The notes beneath the pieces were generated by a model, which saw nothing but the letters and a program-made list of their open reading frames with translations, ran no database searches and was not told the origin of the DNA. From Bigelowiella natans CCMP2755 (lineage: Eukaryota > Protista > Cercozoa): DNA of 64,000 nt. This document shows positions 10,907-21,880 of the stretch, piece by piece. A program made the translations under genes and the position numbers. Location of the stretch: positions 124,001-188,000 of the forward strand of contig ADNK01001276.1 in assembly GCA_000320545.1 (NCBI GenBank). Reading direction: 5' to 3'. The first letter of the stretch is position 1. Each line of letters starts with the position of its first letter.

Positions 10907-13400
10907 ATGAAATTACGACTTTCCACCAGATTAAGGAATGGCGATCTGTTTGGTCTGTCTCTGTCCACGTGGCGGGTTGCATGCACCTATCGACGAAAGT
11001 TATTTCTAAGATCTGTGTGCATATTTGTTTGCAAAGGTATTACTGGCCTTTGTGTCTTTGGTGGGTAATACCTCAGCGGAAAGCACTGAAGGAGGGCCTA
11101 AAGATGATGCGTCGAGTCAATTGAAGGTTGCATATCCGACGCCTGACTATGTGGTGAAGGTGCCGCTCAATTATCTTAAAAGAAGGATGAACTTTTGATT
11201 ATGACATACAATAAAACAACATCTTTAGTGTGACACAACAAAAGGACCGTTTCGGATACATGTTGTGGAAGATTGGGCGCCTCTCGGTGCTTCCAGGTTC
11301 AGGGAAATGGTCGGATCCTTATTCAATGTATGTGTTTACATAGAGGAATGATTTGAGTTACTTAAAGGTTGAGAGCGGATTCTACAACGATGGGGTGGCA
11401 TTCTTTCGTGTGGTCACAAATTTCCTAGTCCAGTATGGAATCTCAAGCGTAATCAAACATTCCGATTCCCCCGATAACTCTACAATATGCATATAAGAAA
11501 AACACTCCGACGCTCCTATGATAAATTCTCTAATAACCAGAATGTCTCAACTACCGAGAAATGGGGAAAGGTATATCACATGCACATGAGGTTCAAAATG
11601 TACGAATGAACTCTCATATATCAAGGTGCCACCCCTTCGAGACGATGTAGTCGCTGAAACGCCAAAGTTCAAGCGCGGGTGAAGAATCGCATATCTGCTC
11701 GATGCTGTTGTATATTGAGATATCTAGATGTGCTAATATAAATACGCGTACAATATATTTCGCCGAGTTTTCACTGATACAGCTTTGCATGCAGATACGT
11801 GAGCTTCGCTGGTGGTGGGCCAAACTCTCGCACAACGCAGACCTTTATCACGTAAGAGCGAGTGAATCATAAAGATTTCGATCACAGATGAGTGAATTGC
11901 TTTAAGTCACTACCACGGTTGTGAGTCAGGGATTTTGATTGAAATTTCGACATAGTCTGGAAACACACTCAGCCCTGAAAATTAGCGCAGAGAGTCGTAG
12001 TTTGGTTGAGCTCATCCTGAGCTTGGCATTATCAACATACAGATGGTGACGCTTATTGTGACTGTCGTTAGGTTCTCCGACTCAACGCATTTAGGCCATG
12101 CTCCTTGGGAGACACCTTTTGGGTTGTTTTGTGGAGTAGTTGTCTGTTAATTAGTTGCTGCTGCGAAACTATCTTTGCAACATTTACACTTTAAAAGTTA
12201 CCAGACTCTCACGTGCGGTGATGGTTTCGAACGTATTCCAGCTATGATTATTTCAACATTTCACTTTCTTCTATTAGTTATGTCACCCTCTTGGACATGA
12301 AAAACGTCATCGATAAGCTCTTTTCGGTGAGGGGTCGAAATGTGAAATCAACTCACAGTTTTTGACACTATGTATCACTCTTCCACAAATCATCTTAGTT
12401 TTAACTTTAAACAAGGATAATAATTACCGTCATTGTAGTTATCATCACCATATCATCGTCATAATTGATACTAGCACCCAACGATACAAACGAGTAACAG
12501 CTCCAAACACGATGATACTGAGACATTTTCACCTTGATGAAAGGGGTATGGAGATATGGTAGATTTCGGAGGCACGGCGCCCGATCAGGTCCTTATTGCT
12601 GGCGCTAATATGTTCTCTGTTGAATTGACACCGCATGGCTAAAGATGCGCTCATAAACGTTCGGTTCCTTGGAAAAATTCAATATTGACATCCATTTTCA
12701 CACATGATCTTGTTTTCTGCATCACATATCTAATAAATAGGGCCGCTTACGGAGAGAGGGAGGGGAATACATCAAGACAGAATTTCCTGATATCGATCTT
12801 ATCGAGAAATGCGTCATTGCAAGGTAGCAGCAAGTTCTGCTCATTCGGAACAATCTCCTCGTCGCTGTTAAAAACACAATCGTTTTTTTTCAGAAAGTTC
12901 CGCGCGAAAGATCTTATTGTGAAAGCAGAGGTAATGTGCTTGTAACTGCTCTTATAATGCATGATTATGTATCCTTAGAACCACGACGATTTTTCACTTC
13001 CCTCGAAAAAGATAGATATAGAAACATGCTTGGTCGTTGTGACGTATTCTTGGTTTTCAATTGAGAACCAGTATTTTTCCATCTTTTACATTTGTTAATC
13101 GATGATGTATTACCTCATGTCTGGCGATTATTCTCTTTTTTTAGGAGAAGTTAGGAAGATTCTGGTCTGTTGTACTCGTATTCTCAGGCGCAATGGGTTA
13201 TTTAACAAATGTGATACGTGATCATTGCAAACTGTAATCAAGACAACGATTCATACATCTTCTGTGTGGAAACAACAGAGCACAGTGGTTATGCATGCAA
13301 TTAACTCCGTTTCCTTATGCTCCACCTTAATCAGCGCTCTTGGCACTGATCAGTATCGCAGCTCGGTTAGCTATGAAATCTGGAGGACAGAATAAGCGCG
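10907..13400 (+). CDS. Cyclophilin-type peptidyl-prolyl isomerase-like protein with signal peptide (multi-exon; 3' end approximate)
   Basis: CDTTKGPFRIHVVEDWAPLGASRF, SGFYNDGVAFFRVVTNFLVQYGIS, VSFAGGGPNSRTTQTFI, LGHAPWETPFG, GEYIKTEFPDIDLIEKC; hydrophobic N-terminus VLLAFVSLVG. Confidence 0.8.
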
Positions 13401-13599
13401 ATTGAACCAGAGTTAGCGATCTGATAACGAAAAACTTATTTGTCTTCGCAGTTGTTAAAATTTTATAAAGTGCAAATAGAAAAGGTTATTGCTATAGTTA
13501 TGCTTATGAGCAATGCACTTATCACATATATGCATCAATACGATGCGTCGGTGGATAATGGTGAATGATACCTTAGCGCTACTACAGCTATAAATACAG

Positions 13600-13635
<36 letters not shown>

Positions 13636-14070
13636 CGCTAGCGAACACAGCACCATACATAACGTATACAGCGACAACAGCAAGTGCATGATCTGTAGTG
13701 ATCATGGTGCGTGGCTGCATGATCGAGTGCTCTGCTCTCTCTTGGCATATAGGCAGCAAGCGACGCACATTGCGCTGGGGTACTGCGCGCTGAGCAAAAC
13801 GACAATACGTACCGGTCATTACTACTACAATGCGAACGCTAGAAGGCAGTTGACCCTGTCCATTATCAATTCATTCTACTGATGCGGATAATAAGGCTAC
13901 TTATATGCTGGCCTTTATCGTGAGATCAGGTAGAGCTGGACACAAAAGTATCATGCCCTCCTTGTACATGTTAAATGCGACTGGATGTTAAATATGACAA
14001 GTGAGCAGACCTAGCCTCTACTGGGGCTCTTATTCGTTTTCATTTCAGTAAGCCGCGTCATTACTCGGCC

Positions 14071-15610
14071 TCATTGCAAATTTTGAGATTCCCTGTACAC
14101 AGTTTCTGCCTGGGTCCTTGCTCTGCTGGTAATTGCACGCCGAATTTCTGAGCTGCCAGCTCGTGACGAAACATTGCGTGCCTCTGGGATGGCTCGACAC
14201 TTATTCTGATGGCTGCCCAGATAGTAGTTTTATGAACACATTTGTTATATTTTGTTATATTTTGTTATATTTTATCTTCGATTTAACAATTGAGCTTCTG
14301 ATACCTGTTGCGATTGCTTCTATCCGCAAAGGCTCTTTGGCATTTTGTGCATGCAAAAGGTCGCTCTCCCGTGTGCGTGCTTTCGGCATGAAAAAACCAA
14401 GATTATCGGACTACTACCCAAGTTTCAAAAAAAGGAAATACCGCATATGCGTGCACAAATTCGTCCTTGTCCAGAATTTTCTAATCAGAAAGCATTTTCC
14501 AAAAATTACGCTACAAGCGAAAGAAGAGGGGAAAATCTAACACAAAGAAAATTGCGCTGGCACCTGCTACATTCTATGCACTGGAAAGCCTGTCCTTCAC
14601 CATCGTGTTTCGCTTTCCGGTGAGTCTTCAGGGACCCTAAAGAGATATAATTTGAATAACGTCACCATGTGATCATATTGACATCCGAATTTTCTAGCGC
14701 GTGAACGGACAAACCGGCATCGGGAAACTTCCAAGTGCAGTTTGCACACTCGTAGGGGCGCTCTCCAGTGTGAACTCGAAGATGACGCATCATATGCGCC
14801 TTTTGACGAAAACTTACATAATGAAAGCACAAGATCACACATTGCGGCAGATGTGACCAACAATGATGCAAAAAAGGATTTGTGTTACCTTCGCCCACAT
14901 ATGCTGCAGCCGTGCGGTCGCGCACCAAGGTGCATCTGAAGAAAGGTGATGTCATATAATCTTCAATTGGCTTCCCGAACAAACGTGTAATAGTATGTTT
15001 GAAAAAATTTAACCAGTGTGTGCGCCCGTAAGTTCGGTCTATGCCGGAACCACCTTTTAAATGTCACACACAATAAATTTATATCAATGACAATCGTTGC
15101 CGTGAATATTGAGAAAACTTGCGGGGGATTTTGATGGCTACCTCCCACATTCTTTGCACGCATGTACGGCCTGTAAACGTAGCAAATCGCGAGATGATAA
15201 TCATCTTATTACTTAAAGAACTAGATAGTGCTATTGATAACATGGCCAACAAACTACTACCGCGTTTGTAGAGTTTCGACTCGCTCCATTCGTCGTACGA
15301 TTCCTTGCTTGTTTCCTCTTCACTTTTGTGTTGGCGGTCTTCACAAATGATCCAACAAACCTAGAAGGCCTGGTGGTCTGTTCAGCGTACATTGTGCTCG
15401 AATTTGCCCTGGGGAAGAAGCTAGGCGAGCACAGGGGCTGAGGGTCTTCCTTTCCAGCGAGCCATTCGATTGAGAAATAGAGCAAGGAAAAGGCGATGAT
15501 GACCAAGGGGGCGGACTGGAACCGAGACGTTATCTTGGTCAAGTAGTATGTAGTCTCACAACCACGAGAGAAGGTTCCTCCACCATTGTTTCTGGGGCAG
15601 AGGACATCAT
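14071..15610 (-). CDS. Multi-C2H2 zinc-finger protein (multi-exon; start approximate)
   Basis: [54 protein letters not shown] motifs; stop TGA at 14071. Confidence 0.85.
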
Positions 15611-16173
15611 CACCAGCAGCAGCTCATCATCAACAGAGGGGAGATAGCGTATGATTTATTGCTGAATTATCATCCTTGATTTCCATTTTATCGATGCGGT
15701 TTTAGTTTTGCGACAATAAATTATTGATGTCGTACCGATTAAACACAGCCGACCGGCCAACAAAATAATGACCTCTGGCTGGCGACGCTGTCGGCTAGGG
15801 AGAAAGGACGGAGCGTGCTCGAAGGCGAAGCTTCAGCATGCATGTGCGGCAGGTTCTCCCACTGTTAGGGTGTTGAGATGAGCGCATTTGCCTTGCCACA
15901 AACGGCCGAACAACGACTTGTAGCACATTGCAACAAGCGTGGCATGGTGGAGAAGTGAATTTTGAAGTCACACCAAGCACGCTAGCACGCGATGCAACGA
16001 TGATTGAGGTGTGGAAGTGGGTGTCATTCGTGGAGCTGAATGAGGTGACCGCCTGCACTTGAGGTCCTAGCAAATGACAAGGTGAACGCTAGGATTGCAG
16101 AACTACTCACGATGAGCATGATTTGATGAAATGTTCGTCTGCCGAAAAAATTCTGTGAAGCCCATGTCAAGTC

Positions 16174-16498
16174 TGTTGCGCGTAAGGTGTTCACAGGCCG
16201 AGGCGCTACGTGCACAAGTAGGCAGGGGGGGGGAAAGGCACGTTTGCTTCCTTTTGAGAGTTGTGTTTATTTTTATTAAAGATTATATTTTTATTAAATC
16301 GTGCACTGCGTAATCATTCGCGAAGCTTTCGCGAATGCCGCCGCACGTGGGGCAGCACACTTCCGGTGTGCTGCCATGAGTCCCGCCGGAACCCACGTGC
16401 CTATGCTGTATTAATATCTACGTTATCTATATTCTATATCCGCGACAACCCCTTTGTTGTCGCACGTGACTTGTGCCCGCGTAGTGGTACGCGCTACA
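16174..16498 (-). repeat. 3' LTR of copy 1
   Basis: Matches the other three LTRs except for one missing A (CTTTTGAGAG vs CTTTTGAAGAG); terminal imperfect inverted repeat TGTTGCGCGTA...TACGCGCTACA. Confidence 0.97.
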
Positions 16499-16507
16499 CC
16501 TCCCCCA
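16499..16507 (-). promoter_or_regulatory. Polypurine tract (TGGGGGAGG) abutting the 3' LTR
   Basis: Purine run immediately 5' of the 3' LTR on the sense strand; same at 48055-48063. Confidence 0.85.
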
Positions 16508-16549
16508 AGTCACGTTGCTCCTTCCTTCCTTCCTTATTCCCTTAGACCT

Positions 16550-17990
16550 TCATCGCTTTCGGAACTTCACCAACCACCAGGTAATAGATTCCTCTCTAAC
16601 CTTATCTCCTTTGTCGCTTACCCAGAACTCACCTTCGTCCTTAGGTTCGTGTCCATACCAGCCCTCTGCATCAAGGTCCCCCAGGACCTTATACCAGTGC
16701 TCAAAGGGTAAGTCGGGAACAGCTAGGTAGAGTAGCTGATATTTTCCGTCCTTTATTTTCATAGCTACCCTCTCCATATTTCGTAATCCAGGGTAGCCTA
16801 GATAGACAATCTTCATGCGCCAATCGTCGTTCACCCTGACCTTATTGTTTCCATATTCCACATCGAACTTAGGTCGGGGTCCTAAACAAGGCATTGCTCG
16901 CTCCCACACAGTAGGGTTTACTTTAACATCCTCTAGGAGCTTCTCACCGATATCATAATTCTTTAGGTGACTGATGTGGCGCAAGGTGACCCTGTTCCCA
17001 TCATAGATGTAGTACTGCTTCCTCCCCTTCCTCTCGGTAACCTTTGCAACGCCACCCCAGAAGGGGTCTTGTTTATTTCTCGATCTCAGATTTACCTTGG
17101 CCCTAACATACTGTCCTTCCTTTAGAACTCGGCCATCGTACGGGACCTTCTCGTCTTCGCTCTCGGTATCGTCGTCGTTGTCGTCGCCTTCTTCCCTCTC
17201 CTTATCCTTGATACCTCCCCCAGACGTGAAGGTGTCGTTTACTAACCCTTGTATCTTGTCTGGTGTGGTGCTATTTATCCTGCTTAGGTTGGCCAAGGTG
17301 CGGTGGAGTCGCTCTACCTTGGAGTTGGACTGGGCATAGTATACAGGTGAGGCATCAATATTAGGGTGTGGTAGCTGTAGAAGAGAGGTCTCATTATCCA
17401 CATGTAACTTCTTTGGTATCTTGTTTATGCTAACTTCATCAGGGATAGCCTGGAGCTCAGACTCCCAGGTACGGTAGCAGTTAGTAAGCCTCTGCTTATA
17501 TAAGCCTTTGTTCTTCTTAGCAACGTTGACCTTGATAATCTTTTTAACCCAGCACTTTCCAGTGGCCACATCAACGAAGGTAAGGTAGTGATAGCCATCG
17601 TACTTATAAACATCAATTTGCACGATATCTAAGAAGTTCCTTGCTTTGATTTTCTTAGATGCACGGCTCTTGCTGGACTCCTTGGTGGCGACGCCTGCCG
17701 CCTTCAAGCTGGAGCACCTGCAGCCACGCAGGTATGTCCTTATCTCTTTTAGCTTGTAGGGCCAGTAGTAATGGTAGAGTAGAGCAGTGATATGGTTTTC
17801 TCCTACGTGTGCAGGTCCATGGGCGGTAAAGAGAAGGGCTCCCCTGGTCCGCCGTGGCACGTAGGTACGCCTAACATTATTAGTGTATACATATATCCTA
17901 TCACTAAGTACCTCATGCTTGTGTTTGTATTTATCCAGGTGTTCTTGAAGGTGCTGGAGCTCCTCTGGCTCAGCAGGAAGTCGCCGTCCT
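16550..17990 (-). CDS. Integrase (zinc finger, DDE core, SH3-like C-terminal domain) with a C-terminal Dam-like methyltransferase-like domain
   Basis: YVPRRTR..AHGPAHVG..YWP..CRC; QID / HVDN / SNSKVER; LKEGQYV..DPFWGG..HISHLK; then a ~130-aa extension. Confidence 0.9.
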
Positions 17991-19500
17991 CGAAGGTAAT
18001 CGCGTTAACCATAGGGGTGACCTGGGTAGGGACTTTCTTTTCGAACAGCCTGCTGAAATAGTCAGCAAGCTGCTTGTCTCCTGGTGCGTAGACCACTGTC
18101 CTCTTGTCCCTAAACTCTTCCGTGTCCGCCCTCATAGCTGCATACTCATCGTTAGGCGCTTCGAGCTTGCGGTCGATGCCTAGGAGGGGCTTGTGGTCAG
18201 TCATTAAGGTGAAGCTGGGCACCGACAGCAGGTAGTATCTTAGTTTCCTCTGCGCCTCAGTCATGGCTTTATACTCTCCTTTTGTAGGGCTGTACTTGGC
18301 CTCAGCTGCTGTGCAGGCCCTGCCCCACACCCGTATGATCTGCTGGTCTTGGGTAAGTACAGCAGCCATACCTAGCTTAGACCAGTCTGTCCATAGGGTA
18401 GCTGGTCTAGTAGTGTCTAGCTTAGCATTCAATAGGGTGTTGCTGCATAACTTTATTAGGTTATCGAAGTGGGCATCAAGGCCAGCCTTGGCCCACACCT
18501 TAGCGAAGCTGAGGCCTACAGAGTTCTCCTTCCGGTAAGCAGTAGTAAAAGCAGCTGCAGTCCTAGCGTAGGTAGGGGAGAACCTACGTAGTATCCAAGC
18601 TGCAGTCTGCAAGAATGACTTTAACTCCTTTGCATTCTTAGGTTTAGGGGCTTGCTGTAGTGCTGCTACTTTCTCGGGGTTTGGGGTGATGCGGCCTTGC
18701 TCCAGGTAATATCCACACCACTTGATTCTTGTAGCTAGGAATGTACACTTCTGCAGTCTAATAGTAAAACCGAAGTGTGCAAACCTAATAAATATATTTT
18801 CCAGGAGGAAGATCTGAGCGACGACTGTGTTGGTACATATTATGTCATCATCCACATACACAAACACAAACACCCACAACACAGACGCCATCCCATCATG
18901 TGTGTATGCCCTGTAGTTCTGACTACTGAACGCATCCCCTGATATGCTTAGGCCGTAAGGGAATACGACGAAGTGCCACTTCCTGTGCCTGCTGGAGAAC
19001 GCGGTAATGGGGCGGGAGGTTTTGTGGATGGGTGTCTGCATGTATGATTCATTTTTATCTAGGGAAGAGTAGTATTTGTATCCTATGACGTGTTCAATAA
19101 CGTCATCTATCCTTGGTGTAGGTGTCTGGATCCTCTTTATTACTCGGTTGTGGCGGATGAAGTTGTGCGCCAGGCGGAAGAAAGGGTAAGTAGGTTTCTT
19201 AGCTAGCACATGTCTCACGTTCCATGGTGAGTTGCTTGGCTCTATCTTCCCTTCCTTTGCCCATTCATTGATCTGCCACTCTATCTTTTCCCAGTCCGCT
19301 TCCGGTCGCCTATGTTCTGGGTCATTGATGATGCACTCTTCGTATCCCTTCTTTAGCTCGATCTTTACTGGGGTAAGCTTGCTGGAGGGCTTCGTCGTCG
19401 GCTTGGTGATGTCAGAGTACTTCTCGTTTAATATTTTATTAATGTACTTTTTGCCTTTGTCGATATCCCAATCATCAGCTGGGGGGGTCTTGTCCAGTAG
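17803..19500 (-). pseudogene. Reverse transcriptase + RNase H of copy 1 (out of frame with both gag-PR and integrase)
   Basis: SPWN, LDKNESYMQ, FPYGL, YVDD, TDWS, TDHKPL, ADYFSR. Confidence 0.92.
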
Positions 19501-21515
19501 CCGGGTCTGATTTGGGTCTCCGCGTCGCTGCCACGTAGCTCGGTAGGTGTAGGTAGCTTGTTGTCCGCTAGGTCCATAAACTCTAACGCATTAACGCTTG
19601 ACTCAGAGGTCCACTCGTCAAGCCGTATCATGTTCTGGCTGATGGTCCTGCCTGACTTCTTTGGCAACTTAGCAAAGTATATCTTGTGATTGTAGAATGA
19701 TATGATCCCCCCTAATTTTTCTAGGGCATCCTGTCCGAGGAGTAGTTCCATGGATAAAGTCATGGCTACTCGGGTCTTGATTTGGGTCTCCGCGTCGCTG
19801 CCAGGTATCTGTAGCTTTAGCATTAGCTCACCGACGGTCTTCATGGAAGAGCTTCCGTCTGCTTGAGCATATTTACGTTCTTTCTTAGTCACTTGATCCA
19901 ATAGTCCTAACCTTCTTACTGTGCTTAGGCTTATGAAGGACTTCGGCATGCTGCCACTATCCCAAAGGGCAGGTAGTTTCTTGTAGTCTCCGTAGCTGTC
20001 TTTAACTTTAACCTTGGTCATAGCAACTTTGATAGTCCTGTTAGCGTCTTCGTCATTAATGTTGCATACTCCTAAGTTCTTTATGTCGTCTAGGGTCATG
20101 GGCTTGTCTTGGTCCTGCGTTGCTGGTACTGCTGTCTTCGTCGGCGCCTGCTTAAGGTGATCTAATATTCCGTTTATCTGCTGCTGTATAGCATTGATAC
20201 TGTTCTGCTTTTTGTTCTTATATTTATTGTTCTTCCCGTTGTTGCTGCCTTGCCATTTGCTGTTGTTATATCCTTGTCCTCTGCCTTTCTTTCTCTTTAA
20301 CTTCTCGTAGTGTTCGTTGAGCTGCCTGATCGTCATCCTGGGTCGTCCTTCTTTCCTGTCTCTGCAGTCTTTAGCGGTGTGTTTCCCTTTACGTGAGCAG
20401 TATCCGCAACGTCGGTTACCTTCCCTGTCCTTGTACCAGTCTCGCTGCGGCTTAATAGCGTTAATGTTTCCTATGCCAGGTACCTTAGGGCTGGTAAACT
20501 TGCGGTCCTGCTCCTGCTCGCGTAGGGATATAGCCTGCACTGCTGCCTCCATCGTGGTGTAGCCTTTCTCCGTAACGTAAGTGGATTCCTTTATCTTTAA
20601 CTTGAACTCTTCAAACCTTGCCTGATCATCACCTGTGTTGTAATTAAAATCATGTAGTTCGTCGATCATATCCTGGAAGCGCGTGGCAAAGTCTCTAACA
20701 GGTTCTCTCTCATGCTGCATCATTGCTCTGTATTTTCTAATAGCCTGGGGTAGGGAGTTAGCATCCTGTTCATTTACAAAAGCCTTCATTATCGCCTCAA
20801 CGTCTCGTAGCCCACTAACTGTAGTGTGTATTTTCTCTAGCTGCCTGATCCGGGTCCTGCCTGTCTCGTAAAGGTCCATGGCTTGCTTTATTATAGCTAG
20901 CCATTTGAGCTTGTCGTTTTCGGTGGGGTTAGGGGTAAAGTCGCAGAGTATACTCCTAGCGTTCTTCCACCACCTCCTTGCCTCACCTCTTTTCCCGTTG
21001 TATTTCGTTATCATAACCGGTGCTGTTTTAACAGACATGAACTGGGTGTTCCGCTGTACCGGCTGCTGCTGCTTGACGGTGCTCTGGGTCGTCCCCCGCG
21101 AGGCGCCCAGACCCCCGTCGTTCCTAAACAAAGCTGCCCACTCTGGAGGTAAGTCTGCTTCGTAATCCATGATGTCCTGCATGATAGCTGCCCAAACATC
21201 ATGTGTCTGATACTTGTATTCTATCGATACTTTCAGTTTGGCGTAGTTGCTCGCCCTGGGTCGCAAGGCTCGTAATGCCATTACGACCTTCTTGCTTTCG
21301 GCGGCCACGTCCTCGTCGTCCGCCTCGTAGAAGTTCTCCAGTGCCTCTGCTGCTGCATCTGCTTTCTTAATCCCGGGTGCTGGTCCCGGCGGTGCCTGTG
21401 GAGGTGTTCCTCCTCCTTCCTTAGCGTCCGTATCGCCCTTCCTTTCCTGTTTCTGCTCGTGCCCTTGCACGGCCTGCGAGCCAAAGTCCTGCTGTTCTTC
21501 TAGCTGCTGTGACAT
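19428..21515 (-). CDS. Gag + aspartic protease of copy 1 (terminates after a frameshift)
   Basis: Zinc knuckle CGYCSRKGKHTAKDC; protease ALWDSGS..LLLGQDAL. Confidence 0.92.
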   Translation of the reverse strand: MSQQLEEQQDFGSQAVQGHEQKQERKGDTDAKEGGGTPPQAPPGPAPGIKKADAAAEALENFYEADDEDVAAESKKVVMALRALRPRASNYAKLKVSIEYKYQTHDVWAAIMQDIMDYEADLPPEWAALFRNDGGLGASRGTTQSTVKQQQPVQRNTQFMSVKTAPVMITKYNGKRGEARRWWKNARSILCDFTPNPTENDKLKWLAIIKQAMDLYETGRTRIRQLEKIHTTVSGLRDVEAIMKAFVNEQDANSLPQAIRKYRAMMQHEREPVRDFATRFQDMIDELHDFNYNTGDDQARFEEFKLKIKESTYVTEKGYTTMEAAVQAISLREQEQDRKFTSPKVPGIGNINAIKPQRDWYKDREGNRRCGYCSRKGKHTAKDCRDRKEGRPRMTIRQLNEHYEKLKRKKGRGQGYNNSKWQGSNNGKNNKYKNKKQNSINAIQQQINGILDHLKQAPTKTAVPATQDQDKPMTLDDIKNLGVCNINDEDANRTIKVAMTKVKVKDSYGDYKKLPALWDSGSMPKSFISLSTVRRLGLLDQVTKKERKYAQADGSSSMKTVGELMLKLQIPGSDAETQIKTRVAMTLSMELLLGQDALEKLGGIISFYNHKIYFAKLPKKSGRTISQNMIRLDEWTSESSVNALEFMDLADNKLPTPTELRGSDAETQIRPGYWTRPPQLMIGISTKAKSTLIKY

Positions 21516-21531
21516 TGTTAGTCAAATCGTT

Positions 21532-21549
21532 TCCCGTGTGTGGAAGCCA
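21532..21549 (-). promoter_or_regulatory. Primer binding site TGGCTTCCACACACGGGA
   Basis: Starts with TGG 5 nt after the 5' LTR and is complementary to a tRNA-like 3' end ...CCCGTGTGTGGAAGCCA; same at 52546-52563. Confidence 0.8.
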
Positions 21550-21554
21550 AAGGT

Positions 21555-21880
21555 TGTTGCGCGTAAGGTGTTCACAGGCCGAGGCGCTACGTGCACAAGT
21601 AGGCAGGGGGGGGGAAAGGCACGTTTGCTTCCTTTTGAAGAGTTGTGTTTATTTTTATTAAAGATTATATTTTTATTAAATCGTGCACTGCGTAATCATT
21701 CGCGAAGCTTTCGCGAATGCCGCCGCACGTGGGGCAGCACACTTCCGGTGTGCTGCCATGAGTCCCGCCGGAACCCACGTGCCTATGCTGTATTAATATC
21801 TACGTTATCTATATTCTATATCCGCGACAACCCCTTTGTTGTCGCACGTGACTTGTGCCCGCGTAGTGGTACGCGCTACA
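21555..21880 (-). repeat. 5' LTR of copy 1 (326 bp)
   Basis: Direct repeat of 16174-16498. Confidence 0.97.

Larger units (their letters stand above)
16174..21880 (-). mobile_element. Ty3/Gypsy LTR retrotransposon, copy 1 (5707 bp, frameshifted)
   Basis: 325/326-bp LTRs with TG...CA ends, 4-bp TSD AGTC (16170-16173 and 21881-21884), PBS, PPT, domain order Gag-PR-RT-RH-IN. Confidence 0.97.

Noticed and set aside
9905-10986. Many overlapping Cys/His/Met/Ala-rich ORFs on both strands
   Set aside because: They arise because TpA depletion removes TAA/TAG stop codons; no domain or splice pattern is evident.
16261-16545. ORF spanning the LTR (also 21538-21936, 47604-48101, 52552-52908)
   Set aside because: It is antisense to the element, start and stop vary between copies, and there is no recognisable motif.
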